From a virus (Duplodnaviria; Caudoviricetes): a stretch of DNA of 60,478 nucleotides. The position numbers and the translations under genes were made by a program. The DNA is taken from the IMG/VR virus record IMGVR_UViG_3300010354_000096, positions 1-60,478 of that record, one strand, 5' to 3'. Shown piece after piece: positions 40,301 through 50,500 of the stretch (positions within the stretch are counted from its first letter, which is position 1; each line of letters opens with the position of its first letter). The notes beneath the pieces are model-generated. The model was not told the DNA's origin, ran no database searches, and saw only the letters and a list, made by a program, of their open reading frames with translations.

Positions 40301-41732
40301 TCCAACACAATACGATGATGGGTCTGGAGTATTACAACCAGTTGGTAATAATAATTGGTCAGTTCAACGTGTATTCTTCAATCCATTATCTGGTCGTTCT
40401 CATGTATATTATGGTCAAGCAAAATATACAACCTTACAAAATGCAATTAACGCTATTTCATCAGAACCATTTACTGAAAGTGATATTACTGCAAAATCTT
40501 ATACATTTGTTGGTTATTTGGCGGTTTTAGCTCAAACAACAAATTTAACAAACACTTCCGAAAACACAATAGTACAAGCTGGATTATTTAGGAATATTGG
40601 TGGTGGAGGCGGTGGAGGTGGTACAGGTGGTTCAACTACATTAGCAGCACTTACTGATGTTTCACTTGGTTCTCTTACGAATAATGAAGTTTTGAAATAT
40701 AATTCTACAAGTGGTAAGTGGGAAAACTCAACGGTTACAACTGCTTCATATTCTATAAATGCAGTAACCGCTTCATATCTTCTAAACGGTGGTGCTAATA
40801 TAAAAGCAGATATTGTTTCAGGTGCTTCATTTGGAGGAACACCAAAAACTGCTTCTGTAGTATTTCCTTCTGCGTATGAAGATAATTTTTATGCGGTAAG
40901 TATATCAGCAGAATCTGCTCGTGCGTGGACAATTGAATCAAAGACATTATCTGGTTTCACTATAAACTCAAATGCTTCGGATACTATTTCTGGTAATGTG
41001 TATTGGATGACGATGCCAAAATCTTCTTCATTCATTGCAACAAGAGATATTGTAACTTCAGCATCTTATGCAGCAACCGCGTCATACTATGGTGGAACAG
41101 CAGCAACTGCTTCATGGGCAATTAATTTTACAGGAGTAGCAGTATCTGCTCTAACATCAACCTCAGCATCTTATGCAGCAACTGCATCTGTACTATCAAA
41201 TAGTGGTGGTAATATAACTATAACAGGTGGTACTACTTACGATAATTTATATTTTGGTGGTACTGCATCACAATCAATTGAAGCATCTGTTGACGGTGTT
41301 GATAAAGGTGCTGTTAATTTATATTTTGGAACAGCAGCAGATTCAAGAACTTATAGATTTGCATGGCAAAATGATAGAAATGTTGTTTTATACGGTACAG
41401 GTAATATTGCACTTTGGAACACGGGCACTGCTACATCGGATTATATACTAAAAAGAAATATAAAACCAACGGAAATGAATGGAATTGAAACATTAAAGAA
41501 ATTAAATGTGATAGATTTTGAATGGAAAGACGGCACGTCGCTTTACGATGAAGGAAAAACCCATACTGGATTTGTTGCTCAAGAAGTTGAAACTATAATA
41601 CCAGACGCAATTTATTCTCCAAGTGGTAGTACAAAATTATTACACAAAGAAGAATTAGTTCCAACTTTGGTAAAAGCGTTACAAGAGGCGGTACAAAGAA
41701 TAGAAGAATTAGAAAAAAAGTTATTACTTTAA
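37368..41732 (+). CDS. long tail fibre/spike with C-terminal S74 intramolecular chaperone
   Basis: TSDYILKRNI..TGFVAQEVE..LVKALQEAVQRIEELE; LAALTDVS..LKYNSTSGKWEN fibre repeat; TASY motifs. Confidence 0.8.
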   Translation: MIEKKRFKRDFINVKTRYTETNNNSANILNITFMPELFTAGKNLFRFKPNPMFISEKFPINIEILDANGKPIYHEVLRKKERDKSINVAVYIYDSTLIGGCSITLLCTVYRDLNGILLPKNAVTKYNYKYIHTLSVDKTKVNDSEIIFAKEPKITLEEKKFSVVEEKFTNQKPSGSIGFAKYSLKDSVPTLTNFSNNFRKEFEGGKIFFPTLSSTRFPNVATASFEYSSSIVAVINPNQLILKDSVYFSGTDGAYRPVSSIENQEYNISYNNIADSRTVTQNVKSYAKLDISNLETEVGNISSIKVSVKSPNRSAQTYEFDVNKNNLLVDSDSNLIENPIGTFSKSASLDFAGVPTTSSLNTYNFWKTVSVNGAPTAIIGSSSYQTSQYVFDSISIIPSATMSGSQEIILEQTGSAATQFYKDTVYKVAFDYYNTDNVLDTREKKIAVYASGSAFRNNTEYGRYLGKVPTYTGAESVKKDFELRIPVDENGTGVLRFMMRDGAKISNIRVSSDSVYGFTPNRASVYVPIDQSYKNEYLDFKIQYFNNTLKESQVSSSVQGVFFEGGNQYIYGDDNIITGSTFISSYTASGIELFSNISGSYSGSAIQSYGYNGIEVAKLYQTTASNFGWGLTDGNPYFSSSYQKTSIQMINEAGNLIDFRANSASFDFVLGGVSSSFFLGTTGSINSNFGEGGTPTTYASYSAIQSFVKWDGSRVGLGGPIVTNLEFQKSQDPDKTGQYVSSSFLFVSTSNTPLGVDLYFRQDGNLTKLKWFEAALNSGILYGGSLSYSGNNLYVKGGSGVIVNHNASLITEVSPIISYVQWNDITASMTNIATSQNTFVYIDAAGNLQQQTSTFTPTQYHNYLPLGRVSHYDYANINGVASLVETTYDANGQQSEFIRGFGPLKLSGMSVSGQTGTLRLNVSNGTSFNLGGFYQQNPEMPSTYDSPTYNTSSIIRIYKTATGFNFDNNAGSYYTTIDPTQYDDGSGVLQPVGNNNWSVQRVFFNPLSGRSHVYYGQAKYTTLQNAINAISSEPFTESDITAKSYTFVGYLAVLAQTTNLTNTSENTIVQAGLFRNIGGGGGGGGTGGSTTLAALTDVSLGSLTNNEVLKYNSTSGKWENSTVTTASYSINAVTASYLLNGGANIKADIVSGASFGGTPKTASVVFPSAYEDNFYAVSISAESARAWTIESKTLSGFTINSNASDTISGNVYWMTMPKSSSFIATRDIVTSASYAATASYYGGTAATASWAINFTGVAVSALTSTSASYAATASVLSNSGGNITITGGTTYDNLYFGGTASQSIEASVDGVDKGAVNLYFGTAADSRTYRFAWQNDRNVVLYGTGNIALWNTGTATSDYILKRNIKPTEMNGIETLKKLNVIDFEWKDGTSLYDEGKTHTGFVAQEVETIIPDAIYSPSGSTKLLHKEELVPTLVKALQEAVQRIEELEKKLLL

Positions 41733-41772
41733 AATAGTTGATATTTATATTGGAATTAATGAGAGAAAATAA

Positions 41773-44493
41773 TTGCCAAGTATGCAAAGAGATTTAACCA
41801 ACCTGTACATATCTGAATCGTATTACAGGCTGCTTCAAACTGACCCAACTGATGATAGAACGGTTTTGGATGGAACTGGGTCTCTTGTCACGTACTTAGC
41901 TGTATCTGGAACTGTTGACGCATATTCTTTCAAAGGAGACGGTTCTCAGCTAACTAACATTTCAAACGCTGCACTTTCAGGTGGTATAGTATCCTCCTCA
42001 ACACAAACCATACAGCATTTGATTGGAACAAATATAATATCTGGTTCAGGACAAAGAAGTATTCTTGGACTTGCAACAACTGATTCACCTACATTTAACA
42101 ACCTTGTATTAACTGGTGACTTAACTGCTAGACAACTTATAGTTTCTTCTTCGGTAATAAGTGTAACACAGTCTTATAGTAGTGGTTCTACTGTATTTGG
42201 TAATACATTAGATGATACACATAGATTTACTGGTTCATTATTTTTAACTGGATCTAGTACATTTACTGGTCAACAAATTCTTCAAAGTACAAAAGTAACG
42301 TCTGAATATTTACTTAGAGCAAAAGGAAGTGGATCTGGTTCACAACTTGCTATCGGTGTTAGTAGTGATTCTAACTTCGGTATAACAAACGATATACTGA
42401 CTTACGATGGAAGTGCTTACGGAAAATATACGTTATCCGCTAATAATATACACTTTAATGTATCGAGTGGTGCTTTTAGTCAATTGGACGCATTAAAAAT
42501 AGATGGTGACGGTAAAACAACAATTCATCAGCTTTTTACTGATAACTTTATAAATACACCTGGTATTGAAAATACAGACCACAATGGTTTTGCTAAAGTT
42601 AATTGGCATAACGGTGATGGTTACTTTGCAGATGTTATAGTAGAAAGAGCAGGAATAAGTATAGATACAGGTGATGGCGATACTACATATCAATGGGTGT
42701 TTAGTAATAGTGGCTCTTTAAAACTTCCTACTTCTGCTAGTGATGGTATACTTAATCCAGATGGAAGTGTTTGGACTGCATCAATGGCAGTTACAGCTTC
42801 TTACGCATTAAATGCAACATTTGATTCGAGTTCACTTGCAACAATAAATTCAAATATATTTACTGGTAATCAAATTGTAAACGGTAATGTATTTGTTGAC
42901 GGAACACTAACTGCAAGAACTTATGTAGTTTCTTCTTCCGTGGTAAACTATGAAACTATATCTGTATCTGGTTCAACCAGATTTGGTGATACAAATGATG
43001 ATACGCATTTGTTTACAGGTTCTTTATTTTTAACGGGTTCATTATCCGTAACAAGCGGTATAACAGGTTCATTACGAGGAGTAGCAACTACTGCATCTTA
43101 TGTTCTAAACGCAGTTAGTTCTTCATTTGCAACAAACTCAATGACTGCTTCATACTATGGTGGAACAGTAACTTCAGCATCATTTGCAACTAATTCGATG
43201 ACTGCTTCTTATGTTCTTAGTTCTGTGAGTTCTTCATTTGCAACGAATTCACTTACAGCATCTCTAGCAACAACCGCGTCTTATGCACTTAATTCTGTAA
43301 CCGCGTCTTATGTGCTTAATTCTGTAAGTTCTTCTGTTTCTAATAACACTAACTTATTTGATGGATTTGGTACTAATTCATTTGCTAAGACAGGTTCAAA
43401 TACTTTTAATGCAAATCAAGTAATAAGCGGTTCTTTAACAATTACTCAAAACTTAACTGTTTTTGGTTCATCTTCATTAACTTATGTTACCGCTTCTCAA
43501 TTAGCAGTAAGTACGTCTTTTATATCAGTTAACGTTTTTGAACCGGCTCAGAGATTTGGTGGTTTGATAGTATATGATAGTGGTTCTTCTCAATCAACTG
43601 CTTCGTTAGCATGGGATAGTTTACATAATCATTGGGTATATCAAAATGCAAGTGATGGCGGATATTCTGGTGGTATGTTTATAGCAGGTCCAAAGAATAC
43701 AGGCTCTCTTGGTCAAGAACTAACATTAACCACAAACTTTGTTCCAAAAGCACAGGGTGGTGATCATATAACTGATTCCAATATTAGTGATAACGGTACA
43801 ATTGTAAGTATAAATTCAAATACAACAATAACTGGTTCATTATTAGTAACAAGTGGTATAACAGGTTCATTACAAGGTGTAGCAACTACTGCTTCATACT
43901 ATGGTGGAACTGTAACCTCAGCGTCATTCGCAACTAATTCGATGACTGCTTCTTATGTGTTGAACGCGGTAAGTTCATCATTTGCATCAACATCTGTAAC
44001 AGCGTCGTATGTTCTAAATTCTGTGAGTTCATCATTTGCATTAACTGCATCTTATGCTAATAATGTTTCTGCAACTGCTTCATATTCATTACAATCATTG
44101 AGTTCATCATTTGCATCAACTTCTTTAACTGCATCTTATTATGGTGGAACTGTATTATCAGCATCATTTGCACAAACAGCTTCTTATTTAGCAGGAACAA
44201 TTGCATCTGCATCTTACGCATTAACTGCATCTTACGTTATCGGTGGTGCTGCTAGTTCAAATGTAAAGGGTGGATATGTATCTTCTGGATCTTTTACGGG
44301 TACACCAAAAATATCTTCTGTAACATTTGGAAGCGCATTTTCGGATAATAATTATACTGTTACTGTAACTGGTGAAGATATGAGATTATGGTCAATAGAA
44401 TCAAAAACTGCAGCTGGATTTACAATTAATACAAATTCAAATGTTGATTTAACTAATTCAGTTTATTGGATTGCAACAACATTTAGTTCGTAA
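41773..44493 (+). CDS. tail fibre protein with TASY/SSSF repeats
   Basis: FKGDGSQLTNI, duplicated FG..DDTH.FTGS module, two blocks of ~9-aa S/T/A repeats; TTG start. Confidence 0.75.
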   Translation: MPSMQRDLTNLYISESYYRLLQTDPTDDRTVLDGTGSLVTYLAVSGTVDAYSFKGDGSQLTNISNAALSGGIVSSSTQTIQHLIGTNIISGSGQRSILGLATTDSPTFNNLVLTGDLTARQLIVSSSVISVTQSYSSGSTVFGNTLDDTHRFTGSLFLTGSSTFTGQQILQSTKVTSEYLLRAKGSGSGSQLAIGVSSDSNFGITNDILTYDGSAYGKYTLSANNIHFNVSSGAFSQLDALKIDGDGKTTIHQLFTDNFINTPGIENTDHNGFAKVNWHNGDGYFADVIVERAGISIDTGDGDTTYQWVFSNSGSLKLPTSASDGILNPDGSVWTASMAVTASYALNATFDSSSLATINSNIFTGNQIVNGNVFVDGTLTARTYVVSSSVVNYETISVSGSTRFGDTNDDTHLFTGSLFLTGSLSVTSGITGSLRGVATTASYVLNAVSSSFATNSMTASYYGGTVTSASFATNSMTASYVLSSVSSSFATNSLTASLATTASYALNSVTASYVLNSVSSSVSNNTNLFDGFGTNSFAKTGSNTFNANQVISGSLTITQNLTVFGSSSLTYVTASQLAVSTSFISVNVFEPAQRFGGLIVYDSGSSQSTASLAWDSLHNHWVYQNASDGGYSGGMFIAGPKNTGSLGQELTLTTNFVPKAQGGDHITDSNISDNGTIVSINSNTTITGSLLVTSGITGSLQGVATTASYYGGTVTSASFATNSMTASYVLNAVSSSFASTSVTASYVLNSVSSSFALTASYANNVSATASYSLQSLSSSFASTSLTASYYGGTVLSASFAQTASYLAGTIASASYALTASYVIGGAASSNVKGGYVSSGSFTGTPKISSVTFGSAFSDNNYTVTVTGEDMRLWSIESKTAAGFTINTNSNVDLTNSVYWIATTFSS

Positions 44494-44542
44494 CTCATAT
44501 TTATATTATGAAAGATTTAAAAATAAATTTGGATAGATAACA

Positions 44543-45829
44543 ATGTCAACATTTTATACTAACACGGCTAGTATTGATAATCTTATAGTAACATCGTCTG
44601 CAATACTATCTGGTAGTGTAACTGTATATGGTTCATTAACTGCAACTGCTTCGTATAGCACAACTGCAAGTTTTGCATTAAGTTCACCTGCTGTATATGA
44701 CTTCGGATCATTTGCAACCCCAACTGATGTTGGTGGTGGTGGTAATTTCGGTATTGTAACCGATGGTGATAAAGGAGATATTACAGTATCGAGTTCTGGA
44801 AGTATTTGGACTATTGATAATGATGCCGTAACTTATGCAAAAATACAAAATGTAACTACATCATCCGTATTACTCGGCCGTGCTACTGCTGGTGCCGGTG
44901 ATATTGAAGAAATATCACTTGGAAGTGGATTAACACTTTCTGGATCTACTTTATCAGCAGCCGGTGGTGGTGGTGGTAGTGGTGCTCAAATTCAAATAGA
45001 TACTATTACAAGTACAAGCACTTGGACAAAGCCCGCGTGGGCAAAGTATTTTAGAGTATATTTAGTTGGCGGTGCCGGTGCAGGTGGATCAGGTGCAAGA
45101 CGAGCCACTACATCTGCTAGATATGGAGGCGGAGGAGGTGCTCCCGCGTCATCCGTATGGATTGAATTAACTGATACACAGATAACAGGTAGTAGTGTAT
45201 CTGTAACTATTGGAGCAGGTGGAATATCTGGTTCATCTGTAACTACTGACGATACAAATGGTAATAATGGGGGCAATGGTGGTGCTACTAGTTTTGGATC
45301 ATTCGCAGCTACTTATACTGCTAACGGTGGTAGTGGTGGGACAACTTCTGCAGGAAGTAGAGGTTCTGCAGTTTCAGTAATTGGTAATTACGGTCCATCT
45401 TCAACATTAGGTGGTCAAAATGGTTCTAATACAAGTCCAGGAACAGTATCAGGATTATCTAATCAGACATTGAGTTATACTGGTAATTTTGGAGGTGCAG
45501 GTGGAGCAGGCGCTGCTGGGAGTAGCACTACAACTGCTGCAGGTGGGACTTATGATTATTGGTCTCCGATTCTCCCGAGTGTTGCGGTTTCATCAGGCGG
45601 AACCAATGGTGGTGATGGAAATGATGGTGTTTCATTTACTTATGGTTATTTTACCGTAGGAACACCAGGTGGTGGTGGTTCATATAAAACAGGACAGGCT
45701 ACCGGCAGAGGTGGTGATGCTTCTTATGGAGCAGGTGGTGGAGGTGGCGCAGCTTCTGACAATGGCTTTGCTAGTGGTCGAGGTGGTAATGGTGGCAATG
45801 GTATTTGTATAGTTGTAAGTATAGGATAA
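44543..45829 (+). CDS. glycine-rich tail fibre protein
   Basis: DGDKGDITVSSSG..WTID, TWTKP..VYLVGGAGAGG, terminal GGNGGNGICIV. Confidence 0.75.
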   Translation: MSTFYTNTASIDNLIVTSSAILSGSVTVYGSLTATASYSTTASFALSSPAVYDFGSFATPTDVGGGGNFGIVTDGDKGDITVSSSGSIWTIDNDAVTYAKIQNVTTSSVLLGRATAGAGDIEEISLGSGLTLSGSTLSAAGGGGGSGAQIQIDTITSTSTWTKPAWAKYFRVYLVGGAGAGGSGARRATTSARYGGGGGAPASSVWIELTDTQITGSSVSVTIGAGGISGSSVTTDDTNGNNGGNGGATSFGSFAATYTANGGSGGTTSAGSRGSAVSVIGNYGPSSTLGGQNGSNTSPGTVSGLSNQTLSYTGNFGGAGGAGAAGSSTTTAAGGTYDYWSPILPSVAVSSGGTNGGDGNDGVSFTYGYFTVGTPGGGGSYKTGQATGRGGDASYGAGGGGGAASDNGFASGRGGNGGNGICIVVSIG

Positions 45830-45833
45830 AAAT

Positions 45834-46064
45834 ATGAGATATGCTTTAATAAATGAAAATGGTTCGGTAGAAAATATAGTTATATGGGACGGTGTTTCAG
45901 AAGTACAATGGCCAGATGGATGTACTGTTGTACTCGCTACACAAGAACATGAAACGGAATTTAGTCAAAAAAATACACCAACTCAAACGGAACAATTACC
46001 ATTATCTGATGAAGAAATGGAATTACTTAGAAGTTTGTTAAATAGGATAAATCCTAATGGTTAA
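45834..46064 (+). CDS. small tail-fibre-associated protein, probable chaperone
   Basis: MRYALINENGSVENIVIWDG N-terminus; directly follows the Gly-rich fibre gene. Confidence 0.55.
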   Translation: MRYALINENGSVENIVIWDGVSEVQWPDGCTVVLATQEHETEFSQKNTPTQTEQLPLSDEEMELLRSLLNRINPNG

Positions 46065-46103
46065 CGATAAAATTATTTATATTGAATTTATACGAGTGTT
46101 TGT

Positions 46104-47588
46104 ATGCCACTAAGATTAAGACGAGGTACGGATTCAGCCAGAACAAGTATAACACCTGTTCAAGGTGAGCCCATATACACCACGGATACTAAAAAATTAT
46201 TTATAGGTGACGGAACAACTGCGGGTGGTGTTGAGGTTGGTGGAACACCCATAAGTTCATCTTATGCAACTACTGCATCTTATGTACTAAATTCTGTGAG
46301 TTCTTCATTTGCATCAACATCTGCAACCGCATCTTATGTTCTAAATTCTGCAACCGCATCTTATGTTCTGAACGCAGTAAGTTCTTCGTTTGCAACAACC
46401 TCAACAACGGCAACAACAGCATCTTATGTTTTACAAGCAGTAAGTTCATCATTTGCAACTAATTCGATGACTGCTTCATATTTTGGTGGAACTGTAACAT
46501 CAGCATCATTTGCTCAAACAGCATCTTATGTTCTTAATGCGGTTAGTTCATCTTTCTCTACAAATTCTATGACCGCTTCATACTACGGTGGAGGAGTAAC
46601 ATCAGCATCATTCGCAACAACTTCTGTAACCGCATCTTACGTATTGAACTCAGTTAGTTCTTCACGTGCAACAACAGCAGGGAGTGCATCAGTAGCAACT
46701 ACGGCATCTTACGCAACAACTGTTGAATTTCCACTAAATAACGTAGCGGGTGCTTCGGGATTAACAAGTTTCTTTATTAATCAAGACCTTAATCAGGATC
46801 CATCTGGTAACAGAAATATAACATGGGCTGATTTATTAACGGATATTGCAGGTACAAATTTAGCAAGTGATGGTGATTCTATTAATTTGAATACAACAAT
46901 TACAGGTTTAACTTCTGTAACTTCAACCTCATTTACTGGCTCATTACAAGGAACTGCAACTACTGCTTCATATTTTGGTGGAACAGTAACATCAGCGTCA
47001 TTCGCAACAACTTCTGCAACCGCATCATATGTTCTAAACGCAATTAGTTCATCATACGCATTAACAGCATCTTATGCAGCAAATGCAGGTGGTGGTGGAG
47101 CAACTGTAACTAATCCTGGAAATAATTATGTTATAACATCAGACGGCTCATCGGGTGGTTTAGTTGGTGAAAGTAATCTTCTATTTGACGGTACAAATAT
47201 GACGATTACCGGTAGTATTTATATGACTGGTTCTTTATATAGGCCTACGTTAGTTGATTGGGAAGAAAAATATAGCTCACCATCAATATCAGGTGGTTCT
47301 TTAACATTGGATTTATTACAAGGAAATGTTTTTAGTGTAACTATTGATGCTCTTGTAGCAACATTGAGTATAACAAATCCACCTGCTCTAAATAATGCAG
47401 GTAGTTTTGTTTTAATTACAACAGGTAATGGAAGTCCTTATCCATTTGTATGGTCAAACGCAGTAACTTGGTCAGGTGGTTCAGCACCAACTCTTTCAAG
47501 TGGAAGTGGAAAAAAAGATATTTATGGATTTATTTCGTTGAATCAAGGAACTAATTGGTATGGTTTTATTGGTGTTCAAAATGTTTGA
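46104..47588 (+). CDS. tail fibre protein with Mtd-N-like anchor, TASY repeats and C-terminal beta domain
   Basis: LRLRRGT..GEPIYTTDTKKLFIGDG; repeats at ~46250-46720; WSNAVTWSGGSAPTLS..DIYGF. Confidence 0.75.
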   Translation: MPLRLRRGTDSARTSITPVQGEPIYTTDTKKLFIGDGTTAGGVEVGGTPISSSYATTASYVLNSVSSSFASTSATASYVLNSATASYVLNAVSSSFATTSTTATTASYVLQAVSSSFATNSMTASYFGGTVTSASFAQTASYVLNAVSSSFSTNSMTASYYGGGVTSASFATTSVTASYVLNSVSSSRATTAGSASVATTASYATTVEFPLNNVAGASGLTSFFINQDLNQDPSGNRNITWADLLTDIAGTNLASDGDSINLNTTITGLTSVTSTSFTGSLQGTATTASYFGGTVTSASFATTSATASYVLNAISSSYALTASYAANAGGGGATVTNPGNNYVITSDGSSGGLVGESNLLFDGTNMTITGSIYMTGSLYRPTLVDWEEKYSSPSISGGSLTLDLLQGNVFSVTIDALVATLSITNPPALNNAGSFVLITTGNGSPYPFVWSNAVTWSGGSAPTLSSGSGKKDIYGFISLNQGTNWYGFIGVQNV

Positions 47589-47596
47589 GGTTAAAA

Positions 47597-50500
47597 ATGA
47601 TTAAAAATGTTTTACTACACGTTTCAAGATCTTATACTCCTTATGTAAAATCAAGGTTAATATATGGAAACGGTCTTGCTAGTTATGGTGAATTGGATAA
47701 TGATACGCTTTTATATACTATGAATCAAGTAGATGGTAATGCAACAACTGTATCTGCCAGTATTACAAGTCATACTACCAACGCTGCTTTATTTGTTAAA
47801 TCTAATAATTCATTATGGGGATTTGGTGGCCAACCTTCATACGAGTTGGGTGATGGTACAACCACTACTCGCTCATCTCCTGTTCAAATAGGAACACTTA
47901 CCAATTGGAAATCGGTATCAGTTGGGTATTCACATACAATAGCAGTTAAAACAGATGGTACTCTTTGGAATTGGGGACATTCTTCTTCTTTATCAAGTTT
48001 ACCAATTATTTTACGCAGCTCACCGATTCAAGTAGGTGGTGACACTAATTGGACATTTGCTACGGCAGGTGACAGTTATTCAATGGCAATTAAAACCGAT
48101 GGTACTCTTTGGGGTTGGGGTAGTAATGCGTCTGGTTCATTAGGAAATGGTCAATCTGCATTTACATTTGGTAAAGTAGTATATGGAGATAGTTATGTAT
48201 CTGCTTCTGCTGGTGAATCCCATACCCTTGCTATTAAATCTGATGGAACATTGTGGGGATTTGGCGATGATAGTAGTGGTAGATTGGGTCAAGTACAATC
48301 ATCTAATTTTTTTAATAAAGTATCTATGCCGTATGGTACAATAGTATCAGCATCTGCAACCTGGGCAACATTGTCAGGAAACAATATTTTTGTTATTGCA
48401 ATAAATTCTGATGGAACAATGTGGGGTTGGGGAGCTAATGGAAATTATAACTTAGGAGATGGTACTATTACAAATAAATCACTACCGATTCAAATAACCA
48501 CAAGTAATAAATGGACAGACGTTAAAACTGGAAATTCACATACTATTGCAATACAATCAGACGGTACGCTATGGGGTTGGGGTACTAATAATGGAGGTAA
48601 ATTAGGTGACGGAACAACTACTACTCGTTCTTTACCAGTGCAAATTCCAGGTACAAGTAATTGGACTAAAATAGCAGTTGGAGGAGATAATAGTAATGCT
48701 ATTCGTTCCGATGGTACACTATGGGGATGGGGTGCAAACAATGTTGGACAAATAGGTGATGGTACAGTTGTGTCACGTTCATCACCTGTTCAAATAGGTA
48801 CATTAACTGACTGGTCAAAGGTAGATGCAGGACTTTCACATACAATGGCAATTAAAACCGATGGTACACTATGGGGTTGGGGATTAAATACAAGTGGACA
48901 ATTAGGTGATACTTCATTAGTTAATCGTTCAAGTCCAGTTCAGATTGGTACTCTTACTAATTGGAGTAAAGTGTATGGTGGCTCTTCTTGGACGATGGCA
49001 ATAAAAACTGATGGTACACTATGGGGTTGGGGTGGTAATGCAGACGGTAATTTAGGCGATGATACATCGGTTTCACGTTCTTCACCTGTTCAAATAGGTA
49101 CTCTAACTAATTGGGCAAATGTTTCTACTCGTGGTTATGTATTTACTATTGCAACAAAGACCGACGGTACTCTTTGGGCGTGGGGAAATGATTCAAATAG
49201 CTATTATTTAGTTGGTAATATGTTTTCTGTTACTCGCTCGTCACCCGTTCAGTTGGGTACATTGACAAATTGGACAAATGTTTTTGGTGGACAAGCCATT
49301 TCTTTACCTTTAAGTTCGGACGGTTTATATGCAGTAGCAGGTAGTAATTTTTTAGGTACTGGTTATAAAGTTACAATACTTAACGTTAGTTCACCTGTAC
49401 AAATTGGAGATAATAAAAATTGGCGAAATGTTTCAACAACAAGATTGTCTGTTCTTGCTTTAAAAACCAATGGTACATTATGGGCATGGGGTAGTAATAC
49501 AGCTGGTATTTTAGGAACTAATAATACAACCCAATATACTTCGCCAGTTCAAGTGGGCACACTCACAAATTGGAACTTTGTATCTAATGGGTATTCACAT
49601 ACAATGGCAATTAAAACCGATGGTACACTATGGGGTTGGGGTAGTAATTTTAGAGGAAATATCGGTGATGGTCAATCGTATGGTAGTATAAATAAAATTA
49701 ATGTTCAAATAGTAACTCCAACTGAATATGATACGAGCACTAACCATACGTTAGTTGTTAGAAACGATTATACACTATGGGCATGGGGATTAAATACAAC
49801 TGGTCAATTAGGTGATAATTCATTTATTGCTCGTTCAAGTCCAATTCAAATTGGAACTGATACTAATTGGTCAACTGTTTCTACTGGCGGTGGATTTTCT
49901 CATGGTATTAGAACAGACGGTACACTTTGGAGTTGGGGTACTGGTGGATCTGGTGTACTTGGTGATGGGACTGTTGTTGCTAAACTCTCTCCTGTTCAAA
50001 TTGGCACATTAACTAATTGGAGTAAAGTATCAAGCAACACAAACAATTCATTTGCAATAAAAACAGATGGTACACTTTGGGCGTGGGGATTTAATGGAAG
50101 TGGTTATACATTAGGATTATTTACTGATACCGCTAATCGTTCAAGTCCAACACAAGTTGGAACTGGTAACACATGGTCATCTGTATCTGCTGGTCTTTCA
50201 CACGGTATGGCGATTAAGTCCGATAACACACTATGGGGTTGGGGTTTTAATAGTAATGGACAAATAGGTGATAATAGTGTCAGTACAAGATTTTCTCCAA
50301 TTCAAATAGGTACATTAACTAACTGGGCATCAGTAGCATCTGGTCAATCACATACTATGGCGGTAAAGACTGACGGTACACTATGGGGATGGGGAATTAA
50401 TAACCTTGGACAAGTAGGTGATACTACTACTGTGTCACGTTCAAGTCCAGTTCAAATTGGGACATTAACTAATTGGTCAAAGGTTGCAGCTGGTACAAAT

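Noticed and set aside
43080-47080. Ice-nucleation protein repeats
   Set aside because: Period and consensus differ from AGYGSTxT octamers; the context is tail fibres.
47555-47596. Longer N-terminus of the RCC1 gene (likewise starts at 33187 and 7091)
   Set aside because: Downstream ATGs at 47597 and 7103 have well-placed SD motifs, and 33253 lies after its promoter.
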